From NCBI GenBank assembly GCA_949295005.1, contig CASFJL010000002.1, positions 21,507 through 85,506 on the forward strand: a stretch of 64,000 nt of DNA, given 5' to 3'. A program made the position numbers and the translations under genes. Under the pieces are notes generated by a model. That model did no database searches. It was given only the letters and a program-made list of their open reading frames with translations, and was not told the origin of the DNA. Below, one piece after another: positions 1-8,561 of this stretch; within the stretch, counting starts at the first letter, position 1; the number at the start of each line of letters is the position of its first letter. The DNA is from an uncultured Pseudomonadota bacterium. GTDB lineage: Bacteria; Pseudomonadota; Alphaproteobacteria; RF32; CAG-239.

Positions 1-2142
1 AAAGAAATCGGTCAAAAAACCGGCAAGATAGTTCCTCAAGATCCTTGGGATCAATTGTGGGCCGGTATTGGCGCCGTTTTCGGTTCTTGGATGTCTGCTC
101 GTGCTATCACCTATCGTAAATTGAACAATATTCCGGGTGACTGGGGTACAGCTGTTAACGTTCAAACCATGGTGTTCGGTAACGCCGGTGATGACTGCGC
201 TACCGGTGTTTGCTTCTCTCGTGACCCGGCTACCGGTGAAAACAGATATTATGGTGAATACCTCGTCAACGCTCAAGGTGAAGACGTTGTTGCCGGTATC
301 CGTACTCCGCAACCAATGGCATCTGAAGGCAAAGGTAACTCTTTGGAAGAATTGTGGCCGAACCTTTACAAAGAATTGGTTGATGCCAGAAACAACCTCG
401 AAAATCACTACAAAGATATGCAAGATATGGAATTCACCATTGAACACGGTAAACTCTGGATGTTGCAATGCCGTAACGGTAAACGTACCGCTGCTGCTGC
501 CGTTCGTATGGCTGTGGAAATGGTTGAAGAAGGCTTGCTCAATAAAGAAGAAGCTATTATGCGCGTTGGTGCTGACCAATTAGACCAATTGTTGCACCCG
601 ATGCTCGATCCGAAAGCTAAGAAAAACGTTATCGCTACCGGTTTGCCGGCTTCTCCCGGAGCTGCTGTTGGTCGCGCCGTTTTCAATGCTGAAGATGCTG
701 AAAACTGGGCTAACAAAGGTGAAAAAGTTATCCTTATCCGTAACGAAACTTCTCCGGAAGATATTGGCGGTATGCACGCTTCTCAAGGTGTGATTACTGC
801 TCGCGGTGGTATGACCTCTCACGCAGCCGTTGTTGCTCGTGGTATGGGTACTCCTTGCGTATCCGGTTCTAACGATATTACTATCGACTATGCTAAGAAA
901 ACAATGACCACCAAGTCCGGTGTTGTTGTTAAAGAAGGCGACTGGGTATCTTTGGACGGTGCTAAAGGTCAAATCATTGAAGGTCAAATCCCGACTGTTA
1001 ATGTTGAAATGACAGGTAACTTTGGTAAACTCATGAGCTGGGTTGATGAAATCCGCACTTTGAAAGTTCGCGCTAACGCTGAAACTCCGAAAGATGCTCA
1101 ACAAGCTCTCGATTTTGGTGCTGAAGGTATTGGTTTGGCTCGTACAGAACACATGTTCTTTGATGCTGACCGTATTCCGGATATGCGCGCTATGATCTTG
1201 TCTGACACAACAGAAGGTCGTCGTGCTGCTTTGGCTCGTTTGTTGCCTTACCAAAAACAAGACTTCAAAGATTTGTTCAAAATCATGAACGGCTTGCCGG
1301 TTACTATCCGCTTGCTCGATCCACCTTTGCACGAATTCTTGCCGCACACTGATGCTGAAATGCAAGAATTGGCTAACAAAATGGGCATGACTTTGGAACA
1401 AGTTAAAACTCGCGCTAATGCTTTGCATGAAGCTAACCCGATGCTTGGTCACCGTGGTTGCCGTTTGGCCGTTACATATCCTGAAATTGCCGAAATGCAA
1501 ACTCGCGCTATCTTGGAAGCTGCTTTGGAATGCCAAGATGCAGGTATTAAAGTAATTCCTGAAATCGAAGTTCCGTTGATTGGTTCTAAGAAAGAGTTGG
1601 ATATTGTTAAACACACTATCGATGAAACTGCTGAAAAAGTATTCGCTGAAAAAGGCAAGAAGATTGAATACCTCGTTGGTACCATGATTGAATTGCCGCG
1701 CGCTGCTTTGCAAGCTGAAAATATTGCTGAAACTGCCGGTTTCTTCGGCTTCGGTACAAACGATCTTACCCAAACAACTTTGGGTATGAGCCGTGATGAT
1801 ACCGGTGCAATCCTCGATGAATACCGCGCTAAAGGTGTTTATGTTGCTGATCCGTTCGCATCTATCGATGTTGAAGGTGTTGGCAAATTGGTTCGTCGCG
1901 CTTCTGTTGAAGGTCGCGCTACCAACCCTGATTTGCACTTGGGTGTTTGCGGTGAACACGGTGGTGATCCGAAATCTATCGAATTCTTTGATGAAGTAGG
2001 TTTGGATTATGTATCTTGCTCTCCGTTCCGCGTACCGGTTGCTCGTTTGGCTGCCGCTCAAGCTGCCGTTAAACACAAAGGCCAAAAGAAGGCTGTTGAC
2101 GGTGCTAAGCATGGGGCTTGCTGCAGCAAGAAATGCGCCTAA
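1..2142 (+). CDS. ppdK: Pyruvate, phosphate dikinase (5' end outside window)
   Basis: Frame 1 is open from base 1 (KEIGQKTGKIVPQDPWDQLWAG...); the ORF-track start at 55 is only the first Met. Hallmarks are the phosphohistidine loop GGMTSHAAVVARGMG and the PEP/pyruvate domain motifs GLARTEHMFF, NDLTQ and CGEHGGDP. Strong codon bias. The C-terminus carries an extra Lys/Cys-rich tail. Confidence 0.95.
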   Translation, partial: KEIGQKTGKIVPQDPWDQLWAGIGAVFGSWMSARAITYRKLNNIPGDWGTAVNVQTMVFGNAGDDCATGVCFSRDPATGENRYYGEYLVNAQGEDVVAGIRTPQPMASEGKGNSLEELWPNLYKELVDARNNLENHYKDMQDMEFTIEHGKLWMLQCRNGKRTAAAAVRMAVEMVEEGLLNKEEAIMRVGADQLDQLLHPMLDPKAKKNVIATGLPASPGAAVGRAVFNAEDAENWANKGEKVILIRNETSPEDIGGMHASQGVITARGGMTSHAAVVARGMGTPCVSGSNDITIDYAKKTMTTKSGVVVKEGDWVSLDGAKGQIIEGQIPTVNVEMTGNFGKLMSWVDEIRTLKVRANAETPKDAQQALDFGAEGIGLARTEHMFFDADRIPDMRAMILSDTTEGRRAALARLLPYQKQDFKDLFKIMNGLPVTIRLLDPPLHEFLPHTDAEMQELANKMGMTLEQVKTRANALHEANPMLGHRGCRLAVTYPEIAEMQTRAILEAALECQDAGIKVIPEIEVPLIGSKKELDIVKHTIDETAEKVFAEKGKKIEYLVGTMIELPRAALQAENIAETAGFFGFGTNDLTQTTLGMSRDDTGAILDEYRAKGVYVADPFASIDVEGVGKLVRRASVEGRATNPDLHLGVCGEHGGDPKSIEFFDEVGLDYVSCSPFRVPVARLAAAQAAVKHKGQKKAVDGAKHGACCSKKCA

Positions 2143-2267
2143 AAATAGGCAACTTGCTAAATAACTTTCATGCTTGGAGATTTTTTCCTTATGTATGTTT
2201 TTATACACCGCGGAAAAAATTTCCGTCGCAGCAAAGCTATTAATCAAGTTGATTGCTACATAATTTG

Positions 2268-2300
2268 AAAAAATGCCTGATGAAAGTCAGGCATTTTTTT
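2268..2300 (+). terminator. Rho-independent terminator-like hairpin, copy 1 of 3
   Basis: A-run, 7-bp stem tgcctga/tcaggca, 6-nt loop tgaaag, then 7 T. Confidence 0.6.
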
Positions 2301-2410
2301 GTTATATGAGAGGTGATGCGTTCGAAAGTTTCTGCGTAGCATAGCCTCTGCCAAATTTTTCTTGGGCAACTTGCTAAATCATTAATCAAGTTGATTGCAA
2401 CTAAGTTAGA

Positions 2411-2443
2411 AAAAAATGCCTGATGAAAGTCAGGCATTTTTTT
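2411..2443 (+). terminator. Rho-independent terminator-like hairpin, copy 2 of 3
   Basis: Identical stem and loop to copy 1, followed by 7 T. Confidence 0.6.
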
Positions 2444-2552
2444 GTTATATGAGAGGTGATGCGTTCGAAGATTTCTGCGTAGCATAGCCTCTGCCAAATT
2501 TTTCTTGGGCAACTTGCTAAATCATTAAGCAAGTTGATTGCAACTAAGTTAG

Positions 2553-2587
2553 AAAAAAATGCCTGATGTATGTCAGGCATTTTTTTT
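2553..2587 (+). terminator. Rho-independent terminator-like hairpin, copy 3 of 3
   Basis: Same stem tgcctga/tcaggca. The loop changed to tgtatg. Followed by 8 T. Confidence 0.6.
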
Positions 2588-2768
2588 GTTATATGAGAGG
2601 TGCGCGCTCGAAGTTTTCTGTGGAGTATGACTTTCAAAAGTTGGTTGCCTTATAAGTTAGAAAAAGCTTCTGCTATTTTAGCAGATGCTTTTTCGTTGAC
2701 ATAGAAGAGTTTTTTTTCTAAAACTTTATTTCTTCGATTATATTTTGTTTAATTAAATATATACTATT

Positions 2769-3410
2769 ATGAAATTTAAGGAATTTATAGAAACCTATCA
2801 AAACTTGATAGCTATGCAACAATTTGAAATTTTAGTTCCGATAATGAAAAATAAAAAGGAATCTTGTTTTACGGTGCCTGCTTTGAAGATAACTACGGAT
2901 GAGATTGCTTCTTGGCAACAAATTGTTGATTATCAACTCTATCTGCTTAAGTGCCATTTGTGTCAATCTTGGAGAAATATGTTGGAAGATGACGGCGATG
3001 ATGTTGGTGTATTCTTATATTTTTTGCTCAAGAATACCAAAGTTATGTCCTTTATGGAAAAAGAGTTGTTGTTCTTTTTGGCTGAGGTGGACAAACAAAA
3101 GAAGTTATTTTATTTGAGTGAAGATATTTTGTGTTGTAAGGTCATGGAAGAGTTTTTGCTTTCACATTCAGATAATTTGGATGTGCAAAAGGTGTTTCAA
3201 GAAATAATGCAGTTCAAAATTCAGTTTTTTGCTTCAAATTTAGCCTTTTCTACAAATTATCATATTTTTTTGCATTGGTTGCCGCAATGGAAAGGTATTT
3301 ATCCTAATGTGTGGAACGGAATTATACAGAAGTTGTCTAAGATGAAAGATAAGGTAAGTTTTGATTGTTTGGAAGTAAGAAAACTTTTTGAGGTTTATGG
3401 ACTTGTGTAA
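2769..3410 (+). CDS. Hypothetical protein (213 aa), no recognisable domain
   Basis: Single long ORF in an otherwise empty interval, followed by a clean terminator. No signal peptide or TM segment seen. Leu/Phe/Trp-rich. Confidence 0.5.
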   Translation: MKFKEFIETYQNLIAMQQFEILVPIMKNKKESCFTVPALKITTDEIASWQQIVDYQLYLLKCHLCQSWRNMLEDDGDDVGVFLYFLLKNTKVMSFMEKELLFFLAEVDKQKKLFYLSEDILCCKVMEEFLLSHSDNLDVQKVFQEIMQFKIQFFASNLAFSTNYHIFLHWLPQWKGIYPNVWNGIIQKLSKMKDKVSFDCLEVRKLFEVYGLV

Positions 3411-3411
3411 T

Positions 3412-3450
3412 AAAAAAAGCGTTTGATATTTTATCAGACGCTTTTTTTTT
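3412..3450 (+). terminator. Rho-independent terminator
   Basis: 9-bp stem gcgtttgat/atcagacgc (one G-U pair), 5-nt loop, 9 T tail. Confidence 0.75.
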
Positions 3451-3512
3451 GACAGCTTTTTAACTTTGTTGTATGATATTTATAATATATATTTGTTTTT
3501 AGGAGATTGAAG

Positions 3513-5093
3513 ATGAGTAAAAATTTTTTTGAAAATGAATATAAAGAAAATCATTTGTCTCCATATAAAATCAAGCTTAATGGCAAAGAGCTTGTTGTTC
3601 CTTATTTCTACATTTTACAAAATAAATCTGCAAAATTGGCTCAAGATAATTTTATTGATGATTTTTTTGATATCCAAGAAAAAGACCTGCGTTTGTATAA
3701 TGAAAATAAATTAGAACCTAAAGAAATTTATTGGTCTGATGGCAAAAATACATATAATTTTTTTGTTCCCTTTGCTCTTAGAAAGAAAAAAATGTCTGAT
3801 AGCGAAATTGTGTCTTTTATCTTTGAAAGAGCTAAAAAAAAGTATAATCGTGCGGCAACTTTAGCGAAAAATTTAAGACATGCCCATCCAGAAAAAGTTC
3901 AATATTATAATGTGAAAACTTCTGCCGTGAAAACCATGAGAGAAGAATATAATGCTTATTTGTGGTCTAAAACCAAAGATAATGCACGCTATATGGCTCT
4001 GAAAACCGAAGAAATTTTATCTAAATCTTTTAAATTGTCTAAAAATGCGTTTTCTAAATTAAATAATAAAAATGTAAAAAATTTGGTTCATCGTCATGCT
4101 CTAAAAGCTTTAATCGGTTTATCTACTTTGGCAACCGGTGCCAAAGTGGCTCAATATTTTAAATCAGATAGCAAAACTCCTCAAATGGAGCAAAATTTTC
4201 AGGTCTATGAAAAAACTACTCAAGCGCAACAAACTGAATATTTGCCTTTGAAAAAAATTGCTGACTCTTCTTTGTCTTTAGAAAGTGATGATGCTCATTT
4301 AAATAAAATTCAAAAATATAATAAAAAATGTTTTTTAGAAAATATAAATGCTATTAAAACAGTTTTATGTTTTATGGAAAATTATGCTCCTCAAACTTTT
4401 AAGGATGGAAAAGGTGTTCCTACAATAGGATATGGCTGTACTTATCTTATTGATGAAAACGGAAAAGGCGATAGAGATATTTCTCCTGTTTTGGAAAATC
4501 AAAAAATGTCTATGGAAGAATCGGATATCCAAAAAGAGCGTTATTTAATGTTTAGGGTCTTGCCTCAGATTTTAAATGATATCAATGTTCCTCTTCAGGA
4601 GAGAACTATGATTGCTACATCTACTTTTATGTATGTTATTGGGCCAAATGCTTTTAAAACGTCTGAATATTTGCAGGCTATGAATAGTGGCGTAAATGGG
4701 GAACCCTTGGCGCATTATATGCTGGGTTATGCTAAAAACCAAGGCGTGGTAAAAAGAAACTTGTTTGCTTATTATTTGATGATTGGAAAACTTGATCCGG
4801 AAGATTTTTTAAATTTGAGGGCAGAGGGATGCTATTCTTTAGAGATGGAAGATTGTTGCGCTATGAATGGTGATAAAGTGAAACGTGATGAAAATGGTTT
4901 GGGACATTTCCGTTCTGATAATTTTGAAGAAAATATTAAAAAAGCCAAAAAGCCGCGTTCTTCCGTGATTGGTAAATGTAAGATGGTGTCTCAGTTGTTG
5001 CCGGATTATGTGGTGAAATCTCTTAATAAAAATCATATCAAAGTAAAACCTTATCTTGCGTTGGCTCAACATTGGAAAGGTACATCAAGATAA
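3513..5093 (+). CDS. Protein with C-terminal GH24 (phage/T4-type) lysozyme-like domain and an N-terminal region of unknown function
   Basis: AGGAG at 3501-3505 precedes the ATG at 3513 (the ORF-track TTG at 3507 is less likely). C-terminal half: FMENYAPQTFKDGKGVPTIGYGCT (E...D...T-I-G-Y-G catalytic signature), then LQERTMIATSTFMYVIGPNAFKTSEYLQAMNSG and GVVKRNLFAYYLM, which parallel the Phage_lysozyme family core. No N-terminal signal peptide. Confidence 0.7.
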   Translation: MSKNFFENEYKENHLSPYKIKLNGKELVVPYFYILQNKSAKLAQDNFIDDFFDIQEKDLRLYNENKLEPKEIYWSDGKNTYNFFVPFALRKKKMSDSEIVSFIFERAKKKYNRAATLAKNLRHAHPEKVQYYNVKTSAVKTMREEYNAYLWSKTKDNARYMALKTEEILSKSFKLSKNAFSKLNNKNVKNLVHRHALKALIGLSTLATGAKVAQYFKSDSKTPQMEQNFQVYEKTTQAQQTEYLPLKKIADSSLSLESDDAHLNKIQKYNKKCFLENINAIKTVLCFMENYAPQTFKDGKGVPTIGYGCTYLIDENGKGDRDISPVLENQKMSMEESDIQKERYLMFRVLPQILNDINVPLQERTMIATSTFMYVIGPNAFKTSEYLQAMNSGVNGEPLAHYMLGYAKNQGVVKRNLFAYYLMIGKLDPEDFLNLRAEGCYSLEMEDCCAMNGDKVKRDENGLGHFRSDNFEENIKKAKKPRSSVIGKCKMVSQLLPDYVVKSLNKNHIKVKPYLALAQHWKGTSR

Positions 5094-5097
5094 AATT

Positions 5098-6393
5098 TTA
5101 ATGCTTTTTGCTTTTAAGTGCGTTTTTAATTTTGCTGAACATACCTTCTTTTTCATTTATATTATCAAAAATATGCGTTGGTGCAATTGGTTGCGGTGTG
5201 GTAGGCGTGACGGATATATAATTGTTGTCTTTGGTGGCAATAAAGCGGAAAGCACTGGCTATGAAACATGCACTGACTATTGAAAATGAAAGCAAAAACC
5301 AGATGTTGCCCAAAAATTGCATGGCAAAGGAAATTATTATCGGCCCAATGATTAAACCAGAACTTTGTAACAAAATGAGCATGCCGCTGGCTTGCGTTCT
5401 TTCACTGTCTTCTAATTTGTCATTAACATGAGAAACACTTATCGGATACATAACAAAGGTTCCGCATCCTAATAATGCTGAGGATATACATAAAATAATG
5501 GTGCCGTTGTCTATGAGATATTGAATCCATGGAGATATCAGCATTAAAAATCCTGCTACCCACATTAAAACATATCGGCGGTCAAATTTGTCTGATAAGC
5601 GACCTAAAGGAATTTGTGCTAACATTCCGCCAAAAATTCCAAAAAACATAAATAATGATGTTTGTTTGATATCTAACCCTATATTTTTGGCATAAATTGC
5701 GCCTAATATGTAAAATGCTCCAACAAAAAAACCGCTGTAAAAGCTCCCTAAAACACCAACAGGTGCTTTCTTATATAATTCTTTTAACGGCATGGATTTA
5801 TGGACTGTAATATCGGGTGTGGGAAGTGCCGTTAAAGAAATGGGAACCAAGGCAATGGAAAATAAACCAGATACAATACAATAAATTATTAAGCCGTTTG
5901 AATCCGGAATATTTAACAATAATTGCCCTAAGCTTGAACCTAAATAAGTGCTGAGCATATAAAAAGACATTATTGTCCCTCTGTTTTGGTTATTTGCTCT
6001 TGTGTTAAGCCAGCTTTCCAGACACAAAAAACAACTGCCTATGCAAAATCCTTCAAATAGTCTTAGTATGCTCCAATAAATTGGATTAATGCTAATATCA
6101 TGCATTGGTACTATTGCTGAAAATATGGATAAAAACGCGCAAAAAGTGCGGACGTGTCCAACTTTGTTGATTATTTTATATGATTTTAATGAGGCTATGA
6201 CATAACCTAAATAATATAAAGATAAAACAATTCCCGATATTGAGGTGGCAATGTTTGCTTGCTGCATTCTTAAGGCAAGTGTTGATGATAACAGACCAAA
6301 CGCACAACAAGTTAATAATGTGCCCAAGAAAAATGCCGATAAAGGCGATAATATGGATTTTAAAGATTGTAAAATAAGGTTGATGTTTTTCAT
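5098..6393 (-). CDS. MFS transporter
   Basis: About 12 predicted hydrophobic helices and an MFS-like loop GRLSDKFDRR. Start taken at MKNINLILQ (ATG 6393, GA-rich RBS) rather than the upstream ORF-track Met. Confidence 0.8.
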   Translation of the reverse strand: MKNINLILQSLKSILSPLSAFFLGTLLTCCAFGLLSSTLALRMQQANIATSISGIVLSLYYLGYVIASLKSYKIINKVGHVRTFCAFLSIFSAIVPMHDISINPIYWSILRLFEGFCIGSCFLCLESWLNTRANNQNRGTIMSFYMLSTYLGSSLGQLLLNIPDSNGLIIYCIVSGLFSIALVPISLTALPTPDITVHKSMPLKELYKKAPVGVLGSFYSGFFVGAFYILGAIYAKNIGLDIKQTSLFMFFGIFGGMLAQIPLGRLSDKFDRRYVLMWVAGFLMLISPWIQYLIDNGTIILCISSALLGCGTFVMYPISVSHVNDKLEDSERTQASGMLILLQSSGLIIGPIIISFAMQFLGNIWFLLSFSIVSACFIASAFRFIATKDNNYISVTPTTPQPIAPTHIFDNINEKEGMFSKIKNALKSKKH

Positions 6394-6538
6394 ATTTGCT
6401 CTCTTCTTTTTATTAGTAGATATCGCAATAAAAAAAATAGTCAATCTTTTACAATAAGGTATGTATAAATTTGGTTGACATTTTGGGGAATCTGAATTGT
6501 TATAAAGCCAAGTTTATTTAATTTGGTTGGAAGGTAAA

Positions 6539-8119
6539 ATGGTTAAAAAGTTTTTATGGTCAGTTGTGTTATTGGCATGTATTGGTGGTAGTGGTTTTTT
6601 GGGGTGGCAAAAATATCAGGCTTGGAAAACACAACAAGCTTTGACTGAGCAGGCAAAACTTGCCGATGGTTTTGATAAAGCTCAATTGGTGGAAATTGCA
6701 AAAGCCTTATCTCAAAAAAATTATGAAAACCCTACTGATAACTTGCCGACTGAGTTAAAAAACTTAAATTATGATCAGCATCGCGATATTCGTTTTGTGA
6801 GAGAAAATGGTCCGTGGTTTAATAAAAAATTGCCTTTTGAAGTGCAATTTTTCCATCTTGGTTCTATGTTCCAAATTTCTGTGCCGATTAATGAGATTGT
6901 TGATGGAAAAGTTCAACGTATTAAATATTCTTCTGATTTTTTTAATTATGGCAAAAATACGCTCGACGGAAAAAATTTTGAAAATATCGGCTATGCCGGT
7001 TTCCGTTTGCATTTCCCTTTAAACACAAGAACTTATTATGACGAGTTGGTGTCTTTTTTAGGTGCCAGCTATTTCAGAGCACTAGGCGTTGGGCAAAAAT
7101 ATGGAATTTCAGCTCGTGGATTGGCTATTGATACCGCCGTGCAAACCGGTGAAGAATTTCCGATTTTTAAAGAGTTTTGGTTGAAACGCCCTAAACCGCA
7201 TGATCAAGATATTACGCTTTATGCTTTGTTGGATAGTCCGAGTGTGGCAGGGGCTTATGTTTTTGTTATTACTCCGGGGCTAAATACCACCATAAAAGTT
7301 GATGCAACTTTGTTTCCAAGAAAGGATATTAATAAACTTGGAGTAGCTCCTTTGACATCTATGTATTTGTTTGGTGAAAACAGCAAAAATAAATTTGATG
7401 ACCATAGAATGGAAGTTCATGATAGCGATGGTTTGTTGATTTGGAACGGAAATGATGAATGGTTGTGGCGTCCTCTGGATAATTCTAAATATTTAAGAAT
7501 CAGCTCTTTTTCTGATAATAATCCTAAAGGTTTTGGCTTGATGCAAAGAGACAGAAATCCTGAACATTATTTGGATTTTGAGGCAATGTATGAGCAAAGG
7601 CCCAGCGTTTGGGTTGAACCTTTGGATAATTGGGGTAAGGGTGTTGTGCAATTGGTGGAAATTCCTTCCATTCAAGAAATTCATGATAATATTGTGGCTT
7701 ATTGGATTCCGGAAGAAAAAATTAAGGCCGGTAAAATGTATAACTTTAATTATGTTTTACACTGGTCAAATCGTGTTCCCGTTGAGAGTAAGTTAGCGCA
7801 TATTGAAGCTACTTATACCGGAGTGGGCGGTGTGTCCGGTATGCTCGAAAATGAAAAACGCAAATTTGTTTTGGATTTTCAAAATGTGCCGGTTAAAAAT
7901 TTGAAAAAAGCTATTGAGCAAGGAGAGGTTGTTCCTGATATATTTATGAGTGAAGGTGCTTTGAAAGGAAAACATTTGATGTATAATCCTCTTACAAAAG
8001 GAGCTTTGCTTTATGTGGATTTTAAACCAAATGACAAAACATCTGAAATCAGAATTAAACTGGTTGATAAAAATGGCAAAAATCTTTCTGAAGTATGGAG
8101 TTATCAATGGTTGCCTTAA
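6539..8119 (+). CDS. opgG: Periplasmic glucan biosynthesis protein OpgG/MdoG
   Basis: Signal peptide, about 525 aa, MdoG-like sequence throughout (GFRLHFPLN, EFPIFKEFWL, GFGLMQRDR). Adjacent to opgH. Confidence 0.9.
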   Translation: MVKKFLWSVVLLACIGGSGFLGWQKYQAWKTQQALTEQAKLADGFDKAQLVEIAKALSQKNYENPTDNLPTELKNLNYDQHRDIRFVRENGPWFNKKLPFEVQFFHLGSMFQISVPINEIVDGKVQRIKYSSDFFNYGKNTLDGKNFENIGYAGFRLHFPLNTRTYYDELVSFLGASYFRALGVGQKYGISARGLAIDTAVQTGEEFPIFKEFWLKRPKPHDQDITLYALLDSPSVAGAYVFVITPGLNTTIKVDATLFPRKDINKLGVAPLTSMYLFGENSKNKFDDHRMEVHDSDGLLIWNGNDEWLWRPLDNSKYLRISSFSDNNPKGFGLMQRDRNPEHYLDFEAMYEQRPSVWVEPLDNWGKGVVQLVEIPSIQEIHDNIVAYWIPEEKIKAGKMYNFNYVLHWSNRVPVESKLAHIEATYTGVGGVSGMLENEKRKFVLDFQNVPVKNLKKAIEQGEVVPDIFMSEGALKGKHLMYNPLTKGALLYVDFKPNDKTSEIRIKLVDKNGKNLSEVWSYQWLP

Positions 8120-8553
8120 AGGTACAAAGTTTAGATGATATTATGATGGCTTATTTTGCTGCATTGGGATATCAGGATAAAGATATTAAGAAAATTATAC
8201 CTTTTATTTATCAGAATTATGAGAAAAAACTTGATGCTGAAAAAGTTATTGCTTCTTTGGATGATATTTTATATGCCATTATAAAAAAATATTTACCATC
8301 TTCAAAACAAAGTAAGCAACAGCGTTTGGCTTATTTCAGAACTGTTTTTTTGCTTAATGACGGGGCAAAAATTTGTGGCGTTTCTTTATTTGAAAAGGGA
8401 GAAATTCCTGAGAGTTTTCAAGCAAAACTTAAAGAAAATTTTGTTCAAGCCGCTCCTGAAGTCAAATTTTCTAAAATGGAGCCTCAAAAAATTGAAAATC
8501 TGGAATTTTTTAATTTCTTTGCAAAAATATTCAATCTTTTTCATAAGGATTAA
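8107..8553 (+). CDS. Hypothetical protein between opgG and opgH
   Basis: ORF overlaps the opgG stop. GGAG lies 6 nt upstream of the ATG at 8107 (alternative start 8095). Ends 8 nt before opgH. No domain recognised. Confidence 0.5.
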   Translation: MVALKVQSLDDIMMAYFAALGYQDKDIKKIIPFIYQNYEKKLDAEKVIASLDDILYAIIKKYLPSSKQSKQQRLAYFRTVFLLNDGAKICGVSLFEKGEIPESFQAKLKENFVQAAPEVKFSKMEPQKIENLEFFNFFAKIFNLFHKD

Positions 8554-8561
8554 ATTTATAA

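Larger units (their letters stand above)
2148..2640. repeat. Tandem array of about 3 units (143-bp period; first unit carries a roughly 75-bp insertion), each with two hairpins
   Basis: Units start at 2148, 2364 and 2507 (gggcaacttgctaaat...). The offset 2364 to 2507 is exactly 143 bp. Each unit has the inverted repeat caacttg-N13-caagttg plus a terminator-type hairpin. The array starts 6 nt after the ppdK stop. Confidence 0.85.

Noticed and set aside
580-2247. 555-aa ORF antisense to ppdK
   Set aside because: It lies entirely opposite a strongly conserved, codon-biased gene. Its translation is low-complexity (Ser/Thr/Asn/Phe-rich) with no motifs. This is a typical shadow ORF.
2240-2637. Two minus-strand ORFs (90 and 78 aa) with repeated peptide sequence
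   Set aside because: They exist only because the 143-bp unit is repeated and happens to lack stops in one frame. The units are dominated by hairpins, so a non-coding role is more likely.
2148-2640. Possible CRISPR array
   Set aside because: The units are contiguous 143-bp copies with no unique spacers between short repeats, and no cas genes are nearby.
2769-5093. Prophage remnant, suggested by the lysozyme domain
   Set aside because: No integrase, holin, capsid, tail or att-like repeats were seen in the flanks. One GH24 domain alone does not make a prophage.
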